Positions 51,614 through 63,002 are shown, counted from the stretch's first letter. The stretch: 64,000 nucleotides of DNA from Candidatus Eiseniibacteriota bacterium (GCA_963762255.1 CAVXKA010000001.1:1408001-1472000); one strand, 5' to 3'. A program made the numbers and translations. Notes: generated by a model not told the origin, from the sequence alone.

Positions 51614-53204
51614 TGCCCTGCTGCGGGCTCTGAAGCTAGGTCTTATCGCCCTGACCCTGATGTCGGTGGGCGTGATGGGCGGGCTCCTGCTCTCCACCTC
51701 CATCCGGGATGGGCGACCCGAGCCCACCTCCACGATGGCGGCGGCACAGCAAGGCGCACCCGCCGCGCGGCAGACGACCGACGCGGTCGAGGACGTCCCC
51801 GCCGCCCTGCTCGTCCATCCGGAGAGCGGTGCGGACCCGCTCCAGAGCCCGTTCGCTGAACTGGCCCGCCGCGTCCTTCCGGCCGTGGTCTCCATCGAGA
51901 CCCGCAAGATGGTCGCGCATCCGCGTGTGACGGGTCCCGAGGGCGAGATGTTCCGCCGGCTCTTCCCCGACCAGGGGGGCGAGGACGGAGGCGAAGGGGA
52001 CGGCGAAATCGAGATGCCCTCCTCCGGCTCGGGGTTCATCTTCGACTCTCACGGGTACGTGTTCACCAACGACCACGTGGTTTCGGGCTCCGAGACGATG
52101 ACCGTGCGCACCGGTGACGGGCGCACCTTCGAGGCGCACCTCATCGGCACCGACCCCGGCACCGACGTGGCGGTGGTCAAGATGGATGTGCCGGCGGGTG
52201 ACGCGCCGCTCCCCACCGTGCCGCTGGGAGATTCGGACGAGATGCGCGTGGGGGACTGGGCGATCGCCATCGGCAACCCCCTCGGCGAGCTGGAGGGCAC
52301 CCTCACGGTAGGCGTGATCAGCGCCAAGGGTCGCAAGGACCTGCGCATCATGGGGGGCGGCCCGGTCTACCAGGACTTCATTCAGACCGATGCCTCGATC
52401 AACTTCGGTAACTCCGGCGGACCGCTCGTGAACGTGCGCGGCGAGGTCGTCGGCATCAACTCGGCGGTGAACCCGACCGGACAGGGCCTCGGTTTCTCCA
52501 TCCCCATCAATCTCGCCCGCAAGGTGGCCATCGAACTCATCCGCACCGGCACGGTGCGCCGCGGGTATCTTGGGATCCTCCCGCAGCCGATCACCGCCGA
52601 AGTGCGCGAGGGATGGGAGATGCCCGGCCTGGCCGGCATCCTGGTGGGAAGCGTCGAGAAGGAGACGCCCGCCGAGCGGAGCGGCCTTCTCGTCGGGGAC
52701 GTGATCCTCGAGTTCAACCGCAAGCCGGTCCGCGATGTCCCGGACTTCCGCGCCCTGGTAGCGGAAGCGGGAGTGGGAGTCAGCGTCCCCATCAAGTATC
52801 TGCGCAATGGCCGCGAGGCGACGCTTCAGGTCGTGCTCGACGAACGGCCGGACACGCCGACGCCCCCCACGGAGTCGGAGGCACCGGCCCCTGAGGAGCC
52901 GCAGGCAGCGAAGGAGCACTGGCTTGGCGCCGTGTTCCAGGACATCGATCAGGATCTGGTCGTGAACCTCGAACTCGCTGTGGACGAGGGCGTGGTGATC
53001 ACCGAGCTGGACGCGATGGGTGCGGCCGCCCGCGCCGGCCTGCGGGTCGGCGATGTGATCCGCGAGGTCAACCGCAAGGCCGTGACCGGCGCCAGGGAGG
53101 CGGAACGCGCTCTGGAGGCCGCCCGTAAGGCCATGAAACCCATCGTGTTCCTGATCCAGCGGGGTACCACGACCACCTTCGTCGCCGTCAGGCCCCCGGG
53201 TTGA
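51594..53204 (+). CDS. htrA: DegP/HtrA serine protease with two PDZ domains
   Basis: TNDHVV, DVAVVK and QTDASINFGNSGGPL. Confidence 0.95.
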   Translation: MSVRDLSALLRALKLGLIALTLMSVGVMGGLLLSTSIRDGRPEPTSTMAAAQQGAPAARQTTDAVEDVPAALLVHPESGADPLQSPFAELARRVLPAVVSIETRKMVAHPRVTGPEGEMFRRLFPDQGGEDGGEGDGEIEMPSSGSGFIFDSHGYVFTNDHVVSGSETMTVRTGDGRTFEAHLIGTDPGTDVAVVKMDVPAGDAPLPTVPLGDSDEMRVGDWAIAIGNPLGELEGTLTVGVISAKGRKDLRIMGGGPVYQDFIQTDASINFGNSGGPLVNVRGEVVGINSAVNPTGQGLGFSIPINLARKVAIELIRTGTVRRGYLGILPQPITAEVREGWEMPGLAGILVGSVEKETPAERSGLLVGDVILEFNRKPVRDVPDFRALVAEAGVGVSVPIKYLRNGREATLQVVLDERPDTPTPPTESEAPAPEEPQAAKEHWLGAVFQDIDQDLVVNLELAVDEGVVITELDAMGAAARAGLRVGDVIREVNRKAVTGAREAERALEAARKAMKPIVFLIQRGTTTTFVAVRPPG

Positions 53205-54190
53205 CGATTCGGGGTCGGGTTGGTAGCGTCTTGGGGTCTTCCCCCCCCCCGAGAGTTCTGGAGGCCACTCTGACCAGCCCGACCCACCCCCACCATGTCG
53301 TACCCATCAGCCGATCGGCCGTCCGCTTGGGGCGGCTCGCCGCCGCAGGGCTCAACATCATGGTGGCTTTCGGGGTGCTGGCGCTGGTAACCGGCGTGCT
53401 GGCGGTGCGGGTTCAGACCCGCGGCCTTGGCGACGAGGCGCACCTCGATGAGATCGCGGCCCACAACGCCGCCCTCAAGGTCGAGATGATCCACATGAAC
53501 GAGAGCATGGAGGAGCTGGTCGACGGTCTCATGGAGACCCGTGTCCTGGCCGGCATGTCTCGGTCGGTGATCGGGCTGGCGTCGCGTTCCGACTCGATCA
53601 GCGGCGGTGGGGTGGCGGTGGAGCCCCCCGACGTGACCGATCTGCAGGATCGCGTCCTGGCCGAAGTCATGGTGAACTCGGCCGAGCAACTCGACGAGTC
53701 ACTCCGGCAGGCGCGCGAGCTCAAGGCGGTGTTCGGGGAGATCGTGGAGAGCATGGAGGCCCAGGGCGACGCGTGGGAGCGCATCCCCTCGGTGGGGCCC
53801 CTCCACGCGGCCCGGATGACGAGCGATTTCGGGCTGCGCCGCGATCCCTTCACCGGACGGCTCGCCTTGCACAAGGGGATCGACCTGGTCGCGCCGGTCG
53901 GAACGCCCGTGCGCGCTACCGCCAAAGGGCAGGTCACCCGGGCGGGGAGGGACGCCGGCTACGGCCTCATGGTCGAGATCGACCATCACAACGGCCTTGT
54001 CACCCGGTACGCGCACAACGCGGGGCTGGCGGTTCGGCCCGGGCAGATCGTGCGCCGCGGGCAGGTCGTGGGCTATGTGGGACGAAGCGGTCGCGCCAGC
54101 GCTCCCCACGTGCACTACGAGGTGCTGCTGCACGGCGCGACGGTGAACCCGGAGCCGTACATTCTTGCCGAGTACGTGACCGGCGATTGA
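53201..54190 (+). CDS. M23 family peptidase
   Basis: HKGID, YAHN and PHVHYEV. The true start may be downstream. Confidence 0.9.
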   Translation: MTIRGRVGSVLGSSPPPRVLEATLTSPTHPHHVVPISRSAVRLGRLAAAGLNIMVAFGVLALVTGVLAVRVQTRGLGDEAHLDEIAAHNAALKVEMIHMNESMEELVDGLMETRVLAGMSRSVIGLASRSDSISGGGVAVEPPDVTDLQDRVLAEVMVNSAEQLDESLRQARELKAVFGEIVESMEAQGDAWERIPSVGPLHAARMTSDFGLRRDPFTGRLALHKGIDLVAPVGTPVRATAKGQVTRAGRDAGYGLMVEIDHHNGLVTRYAHNAGLAVRPGQIVRRGQVVGYVGRSGRASAPHVHYEVLLHGATVNPEPYILAEYVTGD

Positions 54191-54228
54191 GCCCGATCCT
54201 CGCGACGCGCTAGAGTTACAGGCAACCC

Positions 54229-55446
54229 ATGCTCAGGTCACTGCGGATCCTCATCCTCGCCCTTTCGCTCGGCCTTGTCGCGGCATCGAGCGCCGCCGCC
54301 GTTTCCCTGACCGGCGTGCGCTACTCCTCCAACGCCGAGCGCACGCGGATCGTCCTCGATCTTGACGCGCGCGCGACCTACGAGCACCGCAAGCTGTCCG
54401 ATCCGGCGCGGGTCGTGCTGGAGATCGCCAAGGGCAAACTGGGCTCGCAGGTGGCGCCGGTCTCGGTGGGGGACGGCTACGTGCACCGCGTGCGCCTCAA
54501 CCAGTTAACCGACGGGCGCGTGCAGGTCGTGGTCGATCTCGCGCGGGCACTCGACTACAGCGTGCTCGTCCTGTCGAAGCCGGAACGCCTCGTCATCGAC
54601 GTGAAGCACCAGGGGAAGCCGGCGCCCCCCGAGACGCAGCCGACGCCCGCTGGAAGCGCGCCGCCCGGGGGCGCGGGGACGGGGAACGACGCGGTGACGA
54701 CACCGCCGCCGATCCCGGTGCCGGTGCCGGCGGTGCCGCCCCGCAGAGGCCGCTGGGTGGTGGCGGTGGACGCCGGGCACGGTGGGAAAGACCCCGGTGC
54801 GCAGGGGCATGGCACGGACGAGAAGGACATCGCCTTCGCACTGGCCCGCGAAGTGGTGGCCGAGTTGAATCGCCGCCCCGGCATCACCGCGTTTCCGGTG
54901 CGCGCGGGCAATTACTTCATCCCGCTTGCGCGCCGCCGAGGCATCGCCGAGAAGGACAGCGCCGACGTTTTCGTCAGCATTCACTGCAACGCCAGCGAGA
55001 AGAAGGCGGCGCGGGGGACCGAGGTCTTCTTCCTGTCGCTAAAGGGCGCGAGCGACGAAGCGGCCAAGGAAGTCGCGAAGTTCGAGAACGAGGCCGACTC
55101 GCGCATGGGCATCGAGGCCGAAGCCCCCGAACTCGATCAGATCCTCTTCGACATGATCCAGGCCGATGTCCTCGTGAAGAGCCAGATGCTGGCCCAGAAG
55201 TGCCTGGAGAAGCTCTTCGGCCTCGGCACGGTCTACGACCGCGGCGTCAAACAAGCGGGTTTCGTCGTTCTCAAGTCCCCCCGCATCCCCTCCGTCCTCG
55301 TCGAAGCGGCCTTCATCACGAACCGCGAGGAGAACAAGCTCCTCAAGAGCGGCAAGTGGCAGGGCGATTTCGGGCGCCTTCTCGCCGACGGCGTGGAGGA
55401 CTACTTGCGGGGCATCGAGCGCGCGGAGCACACCGAGCGGCCCTAG
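54229..55446 (+). CDS. amiC: N-acetylmuramoyl-L-alanine amidase with AMIN domain
   Basis: TRIVLDL (AMIN); DAGHGGKDPGA, FVSIHCNA and SVLVEAAFITN. Confidence 0.9.
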   Translation: MLRSLRILILALSLGLVAASSAAAVSLTGVRYSSNAERTRIVLDLDARATYEHRKLSDPARVVLEIAKGKLGSQVAPVSVGDGYVHRVRLNQLTDGRVQVVVDLARALDYSVLVLSKPERLVIDVKHQGKPAPPETQPTPAGSAPPGGAGTGNDAVTTPPPIPVPVPAVPPRRGRWVVAVDAGHGGKDPGAQGHGTDEKDIAFALAREVVAELNRRPGITAFPVRAGNYFIPLARRRGIAEKDSADVFVSIHCNASEKKAARGTEVFFLSLKGASDEAAKEVAKFENEADSRMGIEAEAPELDQILFDMIQADVLVKSQMLAQKCLEKLFGLGTVYDRGVKQAGFVVLKSPRIPSVLVEAAFITNREENKLLKSGKWQGDFGRLLADGVEDYLRGIERAEHTERP

Positions 55447-55622
55447 GGCCGGACGGGCGCCGCCCCCACCAGCGGCGGCTTTCGCGCCTTCCCGCGCGCG
55501 CGCTTCCCAGACACTTCCCTTTCTCCTCCCCTTGTCTCAAGTCATCCCGCGCGCGGGCCGATAGCTGGAGCAGCCGCACTACCGCGCGGATCCGCGCACC
55601 AACCACGATGTGGAGCCAAGGG

Positions 55623-56027
55623 ATGAAGATCGCAGTGCACCGCAGAGAACCCTGGACCGTGCTGGCCCTTGAGGGTGATCTGGATCTGGACACGGGCCCC
55701 GGGGTCTACTTGCAGTTCCAGCGCGAGCTGCTGCAGGGACACACGCAGTTCGTCATCGACATGGACGGCGTGGAGATCGTGGACAGCTCCGGGCTCGGCG
55801 TGCTGGTGCGCTGCTACCGCGACGCGCGGAGCCGTGGCGGGGAAGTGGCGCTGCAAAAGGTACGGGAGCCGGTCGGGCGCATCCTCGAGTTCACCCGGCT
55901 GGACTCGATCTTCCGTATCCTCCCTCTCGCGGCGGACGCAAACGCGAGCGCGAGCGCGAACGCAAACGCAAGCGCGAACGCGAGCGCGGACGATCCCCCT
56001 GCGGACGTCCGGCTCGAAGCTGCCTAG
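55623..56027 (+). CDS. STAS-domain anti-anti-sigma factor
   Basis: LEGDLD and VDSSGLGVLV. Low-complexity ANASAS tail from a hexamer repeat. Confidence 0.9.
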   Translation: MKIAVHRREPWTVLALEGDLDLDTGPGVYLQFQRELLQGHTQFVIDMDGVEIVDSSGLGVLVRCYRDARSRGGEVALQKVREPVGRILEFTRLDSIFRILPLAADANASASANANASANASADDPPADVRLEAA

Positions 56028-56028
56028 C

Positions 56029-56478
56029 ATGCGCGGACGCGCCACCCGACTCAAGAACCCGGTCATCGAAGTGCTGCTATTCCAGGTGGCCGGCGTGCGC
56101 TACGGCGTCGCCCTGGGTCATGTGGTCGGTCTCGTGCGCGATCTGAGCGCGGTGACCGGTTGCGGTGTCTTCGACCCGCACGTTGTCTTCTTCGAAGGCC
56201 GCCAGGTGCCGGTGTTCCCCCCCGAGGACTTCCTCTCCGACGTCGGTCCGGGCGGATCGGTTCCCAACGAGGCCATCATCATCGACGACGGCGCCGGGGC
56301 CTACGGCATCGCGGTGGATTGCACGGAGAACGTCGTCGATGTGACGCCCGGAAGCGATCTCTACATCTTCCCGCCCCTCGACGACGCCGAGCCGTGCACC
56401 TGCCGGCCGTGGGGGATGCTCACGGTGGCCGAGCGCCCCGTGTTGCTCCTCGACCTCACTCGCGTCGGCGTGCACTGA
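56029..56478 (+). CDS. CheW-like protein
   Basis: LLFQVAGVRYGV, YGIAVD and VLLLDL. Confidence 0.7.
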   Translation: MRGRATRLKNPVIEVLLFQVAGVRYGVALGHVVGLVRDLSAVTGCGVFDPHVVFFEGRQVPVFPPEDFLSDVGPGGSVPNEAIIIDDGAGAYGIAVDCTENVVDVTPGSDLYIFPPLDDAEPCTCRPWGMLTVAERPVLLLDLTRVGVH

Positions 56479-56505
56479 CCGTCCTGACCCGCGTCGGCGT
56501 GCACT
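56461..56505. repeat. 16-bp direct repeat of the cheW-like gene 3' end
   Basis: CGCGTCGGCGTGCACT at 56461 and 56490. Confidence 0.85.
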
Positions 56506-56545
56506 AGACGGAAGCCCCCGCCTCTTCGGATGGTAGGATTCAGTT

Positions 56546-58966
56546 ATGGAATCCTCGCTTCCCACCGTCCATCTACCCGTCAAAGGCATGACCTGTGCCG
56601 GTTGCGCGGCCACGATCGAGAAGGGGCTGAATGCCCTCGACGGCGTGGAGCGCGCGGCGGTGAACTTCGCCACCCAGGAAGCTCGGGTCGAGGGCCTTCC
56701 CCCGGGCGGCATGGACGCGGTCGTGCACGCGATCCGCGATCTGGGCTACGACGTCGCCACCGAGTCCCGCCGCTATCGCGTGGAAGGGATGCACTGCGCG
56801 TCCTGCGTAGCGAAGGTCGAGGGCGCGGTGAGCGGCGTCCCCGGCGTGCTCTCGGCGACGGTGAACCTGGCGACGGAAGAGCTGCGGGTGGCTGCGGTCT
56901 CCGGTGCGGCGGGCCCCGCCGAGGTCGCGGCGGCGGTCGAGCGCGCGGGCTACAAGCTGGCGGGCGAAGCGGTGGACGAGACGCAAGCCGAAGACGAGGC
57001 GCTACCGTGGAAGCGGCGGTTCCTGGTGAGCGCGCTCTTCACGCTGCCGATCGCGCTCGAGATGCTGCGCCACTGGATCCCGGGGGCCCGCGACTGGCCG
57101 CACCACACGGTGGCGTGGGTGCTGCTCGGCTTGGCCACGCCGGTCTACCTGTGGGCCGGCTTCCCCTTCCATCGCGCCGCGCTGCGCGGCCTGCGTCACC
57201 GCGCCGCCGACATGAACACGTTGATCTCGGTGGGGACCACCGCCGCCTACGCCTATAGCGTGATCGCCACCGTTCTTCCCGGTCTCCTCACCGCGCGCGG
57301 CGCGGCTCCCGGCGTCTACTTCGATACGACCGCGGTCATCATCACGCTCATCCTCATGGGGCGCTGGATGGAAGCGCGCCAGCGTGACCGCACCCGTTCT
57401 GCAATGCGTGCGTTGGTGGGGCTTCGCCCCGATCGCGCGCTTCGCGTGCGCGGCCCCGTCGAGGAGATCGTGGAGGTGTCGGCGCTGCGCGTCGGCGATC
57501 TCGTGCGCGTGCGCCCCGGCGAGCGCGTGCCGGTGGACGGCGCGGTTCGCGAGGGATCGAGTACGGTGGATGAGTCGATGGTGACCGGCGAAGCGATCCC
57601 GGTGGACAAGGGCGAAGGGGACGAAGTCGTCGGCGGCACGATGAACGGGTCGGGCGGACTTGTGGTCGAAGTGCAGCGAATCGGCGAGGACACCGCGCTC
57701 GCCCGCATCATCCGGCTCGTGCGCGAGGCCCAGGGCGCGAAGGCGCCGATTCAGCGCGTGGCCGACCGAGTGGCCGCGGTGTTCGTTCCGGTGGTGATCG
57801 CGGTGGCGGTGCTGACCTTTGCCGCGTGGCTCGTGCTCGACCCATCGCACAGCGTGGCGCGGGCGTTGGTCCCGTTCGTTGCCGTGCTGATCATCGCTTG
57901 TCCTTGCGCGCTCGGGCTGGCCACTCCGGCCGCGATCATGGTGGGAAGCGGCGTGGGCGCGCGGCACGGCATCCTCTTCAAAGGGGGCGACGTGCTCGAG
58001 CGCGCCGGTCGGAGCACGGTCGTCGTGCTCGACAAGACGGGGACGGTCACGCTCGGCCGCCCCACGCTGACGTGGATGGAGCCGGCGGACAACGACGAAC
58101 TCCTCGCCCTGGCCGCGGCGGCGGAGCGCGGTTCGGAGCATCCGATCGCGAGGGCCGTGGTGGCGGCGGCGGTCGAGAAGGGGCTCGCGATCCCAGAGGG
58201 GCGACTCTTCCAGGCGCGCGCCGGTCGCGGGGTGATCGTCTCGGTGGATCGGCTCGATGTGCGCGTCGGGAGCGAGGCGTACCTGCGCGAGGAGCGCATC
58301 GACCCCGGTCCGTGGGCGAAGAAGGCGCGCGAGGCCGCCGCGCGCGGCATGACGCCGCTCCTGGTCGCGCGGCAGAAAGACGTGCTGGGGATCCTCGGCG
58401 TGTCCGACGCGGTGAAGCCGGAGGCGAAAGAGGCGATCGAGCAGTTCCGGCGACTAGGCTTGGACGTGTGGCTCGTGACCGGGGACCGCGCGGAATCCGC
58501 CGAGCGCGTCGCGAAAGAGTTAGGCATCGAGCACGTGCGCGCGGGCGTGCTACCCGGCGAGAAGGCGACGCTGATCGAGGAGCTTCAAGAGCGCGGCGAG
58601 ACGGTGCTCATGGTGGGCGACGGGGTCAACGACGCGCCCGCGCTGGCTCGCGCTGACGTGGGGATCGCGCTCGGAACCGGCACCGACGTGGCGCTCGAGA
58701 CCGCGCCGGTGGCGTTGCTCTCGCGCGATCTGCGCGCCGCTCCGGCCGCCGTGCGCCTGAGCCGGCGTACGCTCTCCACGATCCGCCAGAATCTCTTCTG
58801 GGCGTTCGCCTACAACGTCGTGGGGATCCCACTGGCCGCGGGCGTCTTCTATCCGATCCTCGGTTGGCAGTTGAGCCCGATGATCGCCGCCGGGGCCATG
58901 GCCATGAGCAGCGTCTCCGTGCTGGCCAATTCGCTTCGCTTGCGCCGCTTCGACCCACAGCGCTAG
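56546..58966 (+). CDS. copA: Cu(I)-translocating P1B-type ATPase
   Basis: Two HMA CxxC domains, TGE, CPC, DKTGT, SEHP, GDGVND, YN and MAMSS. Confidence 0.95.
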   Translation: MESSLPTVHLPVKGMTCAGCAATIEKGLNALDGVERAAVNFATQEARVEGLPPGGMDAVVHAIRDLGYDVATESRRYRVEGMHCASCVAKVEGAVSGVPGVLSATVNLATEELRVAAVSGAAGPAEVAAAVERAGYKLAGEAVDETQAEDEALPWKRRFLVSALFTLPIALEMLRHWIPGARDWPHHTVAWVLLGLATPVYLWAGFPFHRAALRGLRHRAADMNTLISVGTTAAYAYSVIATVLPGLLTARGAAPGVYFDTTAVIITLILMGRWMEARQRDRTRSAMRALVGLRPDRALRVRGPVEEIVEVSALRVGDLVRVRPGERVPVDGAVREGSSTVDESMVTGEAIPVDKGEGDEVVGGTMNGSGGLVVEVQRIGEDTALARIIRLVREAQGAKAPIQRVADRVAAVFVPVVIAVAVLTFAAWLVLDPSHSVARALVPFVAVLIIACPCALGLATPAAIMVGSGVGARHGILFKGGDVLERAGRSTVVVLDKTGTVTLGRPTLTWMEPADNDELLALAAAAERGSEHPIARAVVAAAVEKGLAIPEGRLFQARAGRGVIVSVDRLDVRVGSEAYLREERIDPGPWAKKAREAAARGMTPLLVARQKDVLGILGVSDAVKPEAKEAIEQFRRLGLDVWLVTGDRAESAERVAKELGIEHVRAGVLPGEKATLIEELQERGETVLMVGDGVNDAPALARADVGIALGTGTDVALETAPVALLSRDLRAAPAAVRLSRRTLSTIRQNLFWAFAYNVVGIPLAAGVFYPILGWQLSPMIAAGAMAMSSVSVLANSLRLRRFDPQR

Positions 58967-58975
58967 GCTCCGCGG

Positions 58976-60370
58976 ATGCAACTCCAATTCTTCGGCGCCG
59001 CCCGCACCGTCACCGGCTCCCGCCACCTCCTCACCGTGAACGGGCAGAAGATCCTGCTCGATTGCGGGATGTTTCAGGGGCGCCGCGAGGAATCGGAACG
59101 GCTCAACCGCCAGCTCGGCTTCGACGCCGCCGAGATAGACGCGGTGGTGATGAGCCACGCGCACATCGACCACTCGGGGGCGCTGCCGAGCCTCGTGAAG
59201 GGCGGGTTCAAGGGAACCATTCACGCCACGCTGGCCACCGCCGATCTCCTCGGCGCGATGCTGCGCGACAGTGCCCATATCCAGGAAAGCGACGTCAAGT
59301 TCCTGAACAAGCATCGGCAACGCCGGGGAGAGAGCGAGAAGGCGCCCCTCTACACGCTGGCCGATGCGGAGAAGGCGATCGCGCGGATCCGTGAGCACCA
59401 CTATCACAAGCCCATGCAGGTGGCGCCGGGAGTGGAAGTCACCTACTACGACGCGGGGCACATCCTTGGGTCGGCGGTGGTGCAGCTTGACCTCACCGAG
59501 GGGACGCAGAAGAAGATACTCGTCTTCTCCGGCGATCTCGGGCGCCCCCATCTGCCGATTCTGCGGGATCCCGAGACCCCGCCCGAGGCCGACGCGCTCA
59601 TCATCGAGAGCACCTACGGCGACCGCGAGCATGCACCCATCGAAGCCGCCGACGACCGGCTGGCCGCGCTCATCAACTCGGTCTGCGGAAACCGCGGCAA
59701 GCTCATCATCCCCGCGTTCGCGGTGGGGCGCACTCAGGAGCTGGTGTACGCGATCTCCCGGCTCATCCGCGCGCGCCGCATCCCCGGGTGCAGCGTGTAC
59801 GTGGATAGCCCGCTCGCGCTCAACGTGACCGAGATCTTCGCCCGCCACCCGGAATGCTACGACGACGAGATCCGTGCGGTGCTGCACGACACCGGCGATC
59901 CGTTCGGCTTTCATCTGCTGGAGTACGTGCGCTCGGTCGAGGAGAGCATCGAACTCAACGACAAGCCCGGGCCCTTCATCGTCATCTCGGCGAGCGGGAT
60001 GCTCGAAGCGGGGCGCGTGCTCCATCACCTCAAGAACGCCATCGGCGATCCGCGCAACGTCGTGCTCATCGTCGGGTACCAGGCGGAGCATACGCTCGGG
60101 CGACACTTGGTCGAGGGCGCTCACGAGGTGAAGATCTACGGGGAGCCCCACGAGCGCAAGGCGCGCGTCGAAGTGATGAACGAGTTCTCGGCGCACGCGG
60201 ACCGCAACGAATTGATCGCGTGGGTGCGCGAGTTCAAACGGACGCCCAAGCGCGCGTTCGTGGTGCACGGCGAGGAGACGCAGAGCCGGCCGTTCGCGCA
60301 GCGCTTGCGCGAGATGGCGGGCATCCCCGAGGTGTTCGTGCCGGCGATGCGGGACAAGGGGACGGTCTAG
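58976..60370 (+). CDS. MBL-fold beta-CASP ribonuclease
   Basis: SHAHIDHSG, AGHILGS, ESTYG, FAVGRTQE, FSAHAD and VHGE. Confidence 0.95.
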   Translation: MQLQFFGAARTVTGSRHLLTVNGQKILLDCGMFQGRREESERLNRQLGFDAAEIDAVVMSHAHIDHSGALPSLVKGGFKGTIHATLATADLLGAMLRDSAHIQESDVKFLNKHRQRRGESEKAPLYTLADAEKAIARIREHHYHKPMQVAPGVEVTYYDAGHILGSAVVQLDLTEGTQKKILVFSGDLGRPHLPILRDPETPPEADALIIESTYGDREHAPIEAADDRLAALINSVCGNRGKLIIPAFAVGRTQELVYAISRLIRARRIPGCSVYVDSPLALNVTEIFARHPECYDDEIRAVLHDTGDPFGFHLLEYVRSVEESIELNDKPGPFIVISASGMLEAGRVLHHLKNAIGDPRNVVLIVGYQAEHTLGRHLVEGAHEVKIYGEPHERKARVEVMNEFSAHADRNELIAWVREFKRTPKRAFVVHGEETQSRPFAQRLREMAGIPEVFVPAMRDKGTV

Positions 60371-60406
60371 CCGAACCGGATTAGGACGCGCCGGCCGCGG
60401 CGCGCG

Positions 60407-61984
60407 TCAACGTGCGACGGCCTCGATGCGCTCCACCGCGCGGAGCCCGTCCGAGGCGCTCGACATGATCCCGCCAGCATAGCCCGCGCCTTCGCCGACC
60501 GGATAGAGTCCGGCCACCGATACCGACTGGTAGCTCTCCGCATCGCGCAGCACCCGCACCGGCGATGACGTGCGCGTCTCCAATCCGATCAGCACGCCTT
60601 CCGGCCCGTCGTACCCGCGCACCAGGCGGCCGAAGTGCCGAATGCCGCGGCGCAGGAACGGAACCAGGGAGGGGGGAAGAAGACCGGTGAGATCGGTCGG
60701 CCGCACCCCGCGCCGGTAGGAGGTTTCGATGCGCGTGGTGGACGGCCGCGCGGCAAGGAAGTCGGGGATGCGCTGAGCGGGGGCAACGTGGCCGCCGCCG
60801 CCGGCCTCGTAGGCCTTCACTTCCAACCGCCGCTGGAATTCGAGTCCGGCCAACGGCCCGGAAGCGCCGAAGTCCTCCGGGCGCACGGTCACCACCACTG
60901 CCGCGTTGCCGAAGGGCTGTTCGCGATTGCTGTAGGACATGCCGTTGACGGTGAGGCCGTCGACCTCGGTGCCCGCCGCCACCACTTCACCGCCGGGGCA
61001 CATGCAGAACGTGTAGGCGGAGCGATCGCCGCGCGGCGGATTGTAGGCCAGCATGTAATCCGCGGGCCCGGTCTCCGAGGCCTCCGCGCCGAGTTGCGCG
61101 CGGTTGAGAAGCGCCTGCGGGTGCTCGGCGCGCACCCCCACCGCGAAGGGGCGCGCTTCCATCGCGACCCGATGGCTACGCAGCATGCGGAACACGTCGC
61201 GCGCGCTGTGCCCGGTGGCGAGGAACACGGCATCGGTCTCGATGCGCTCGCCGTTGACGATCGCACCGCGCACGCGCCCGCCCTCGATCACGAGGTTCTC
61301 GAGACGTGCCCCGAATCGCATCTCCACGCCCGCCGCGTCCAGGCGCTCGTGCAGCGCGAGCAACGCGCGGCTGAGCCGGTTCGTGCCCAGATGCGGCTTC
61401 CCCGCGGTGACAATCTCCGGGGCCTGCGCGAGCTCGGAGAGGAGGCCCAGGATGTAGGGATTGCGCGGGTCGTTGCGCCGCGTGTAGAGCTTCCCGTCCG
61501 AAAACGTACCCGCGCCGCCGTCGCCGAAGACGACATTCGACTCGGGATCGAGGATGCCGTCGTTCCAGTAGCGGTTGACGTCCTTCCACCGTTCGCGCAG
61601 CGCGTGGCCGCGATCGATGACGAGCGGGCGATAGCCCTTCTCGAGGAGCGCGAGCGTGATGAAGAGGCCGGCGGGGCCGGTCCCCACCACGAGCGGCTGG
61701 CCGCCGATGCGCACCTGCGGTCCCGAGTAGAGCGCATCCTTGGGCGGAGCTTCGGCCACGATGTGCGGATCGCCCGCAAACCGCTGCAACACCGGCTCGG
61801 CGTCGGCGAGCTCCACCTCCACGTTGTAGACGCGCACCGGCTGATGCTTGCGCGCGTCCACCGAGGTCTTGACCACGGCCAGGTTCAGGATCTCTTCGAC
61901 GGGCACCCCGAGGCGCTCGGCCACGGCATGGCGCAGGCGGGATTCGGGCTCGGCATGGCGGAGATTATTGACGCGAATCTTCAT
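60407..61984 (-). CDS. FAD-dependent oxidoreductase
   Basis: VVGTGPAG, GGAGTFSDGKL, TFCMCPGG and GEGAGYAGGI. Confidence 0.93.
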   Translation of the reverse strand: MKIRVNNLRHAEPESRLRHAVAERLGVPVEEILNLAVVKTSVDARKHQPVRVYNVEVELADAEPVLQRFAGDPHIVAEAPPKDALYSGPQVRIGGQPLVVGTGPAGLFITLALLEKGYRPLVIDRGHALRERWKDVNRYWNDGILDPESNVVFGDGGAGTFSDGKLYTRRNDPRNPYILGLLSELAQAPEIVTAGKPHLGTNRLSRALLALHERLDAAGVEMRFGARLENLVIEGGRVRGAIVNGERIETDAVFLATGHSARDVFRMLRSHRVAMEARPFAVGVRAEHPQALLNRAQLGAEASETGPADYMLAYNPPRGDRSAYTFCMCPGGEVVAAGTEVDGLTVNGMSYSNREQPFGNAAVVVTVRPEDFGASGPLAGLEFQRRLEVKAYEAGGGGHVAPAQRIPDFLAARPSTTRIETSYRRGVRPTDLTGLLPPSLVPFLRRGIRHFGRLVRGYDGPEGVLIGLETRTSSPVRVLRDAESYQSVSVAGLYPVGEGAGYAGGIMSSASDGLRAVERIEAVAR

Positions 61985-62147
61985 GATGGGCTCCTGCCGG
62001 CGGGTCAGGCCGGAAAGGGGGAGGGGACGCTGGATCAGTACCGCCATTGTAGCAGGAATCCGGGCCCGGCACCCCGCCTTGGCAGGGACGGGCGAGGGCC
62101 TTAGGATAGCCGCCGGATTCCTTCGCCGCACCTGTCAGGAGGTCCGT

Positions 62148-63002
62148 TTGCGCTCACTCTTCGCCGCCCTACTCGCGATGTCGCTTCTCTCTTGCACGAC
62201 ATCCGCGCCCCGGCAGCGCGTCATCGCCGCCAGCATGCCTCCCGTGGGCGCGATGGTGCGACTCGTGACCGGCGATGCGATCCCCGTGGTCACGCTCCTC
62301 CCGGCCGGGCGCAGCCCGCACGATTTCGAGCCGAGCGCGAGCGACGTGAAGCGCATGCAGGGGGCGGAACTCTACGTCTACGTCGGCGAGGACATCGACG
62401 GCTGGATGCGCCGCTCGGCGCAGGCGGTGGCGGGGGAGAGCGCGCCGATCCTCGCGATGCGCACCGTCGCGCCCGAGCCCGATCGCGATCCGCATCTCTG
62501 GCTCGATCTCGACACCGTGCGCAAGTTTCTCCCGGTGCTCGCCGAGCAGCTCGCCGCGGCGGATCCCGAGGGCGCCGCCGCATACCGTGCGCGTGCGGCC
62601 GCCGCGCTGGACAGCCTGACCGCCTTCGACGCCTGGGCGCGCGAGGAATTGGCCGGCGTGCACGATGTCCCGTTCGCGCTGCTCCACTCCGCCTTCACGT
62701 CCTTCTGCCGCCGCTACAACCTGTCCGCGGTGGGCATCCTGATGCTGCATCCCGAGGGGGAGGCGCTCCCGCGCTCGCTCGGCGACGTGGCCCGCGAACT
62801 CGAGACATCGAATGCGCATGTCGTCTTTGCCGAACCGCAACAGCCGCGGCGACTCGCCGAGTCGGTGGCGGCGGAGATCGGCGGCCAAGTCGGAATCGTG
62901 GACCCGCAGGGAGGCCCCGACCTGCCCGGACGCGACACCTACCTCGGACTGCTGCGGTGGAACGTGCGCAGTCTGGCCGAGAGCCTCCGCGGAGCCCGCT
63001 GA
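62148..63002 (+). CDS. Zn/Mn ABC transporter substrate-binding lipoprotein (ZnuA-like)
   Basis: Lipobox LLSC; SPHDFEP and DPHLWLD. TTG start after AGGAGG. Confidence 0.92.
   Translation: MRSLFAALLAMSLLSCTTSAPRQRVIAASMPPVGAMVRLVTGDAIPVVTLLPAGRSPHDFEPSASDVKRMQGAELYVYVGEDIDGWMRRSAQAVAGESAPILAMRTVAPEPDRDPHLWLDLDTVRKFLPVLAEQLAAADPEGAAAYRARAAAALDSLTAFDAWAREELAGVHDVPFALLHSAFTSFCRRYNLSAVGILMLHPEGEALPRSLGDVARELETSNAHVVFAEPQQPRRLAESVAAEIGGQVGIVDPQGGPDLPGRDTYLGLLRWNVRSLAESLRGAR

Noticed and set aside
53241-53250. C10 homopolymer near the M23 gene start as a phase-variation tract
   Set aside because: The start codon is uncertain and such runs arise by chance in GC-rich DNA; read-level evidence is needed.
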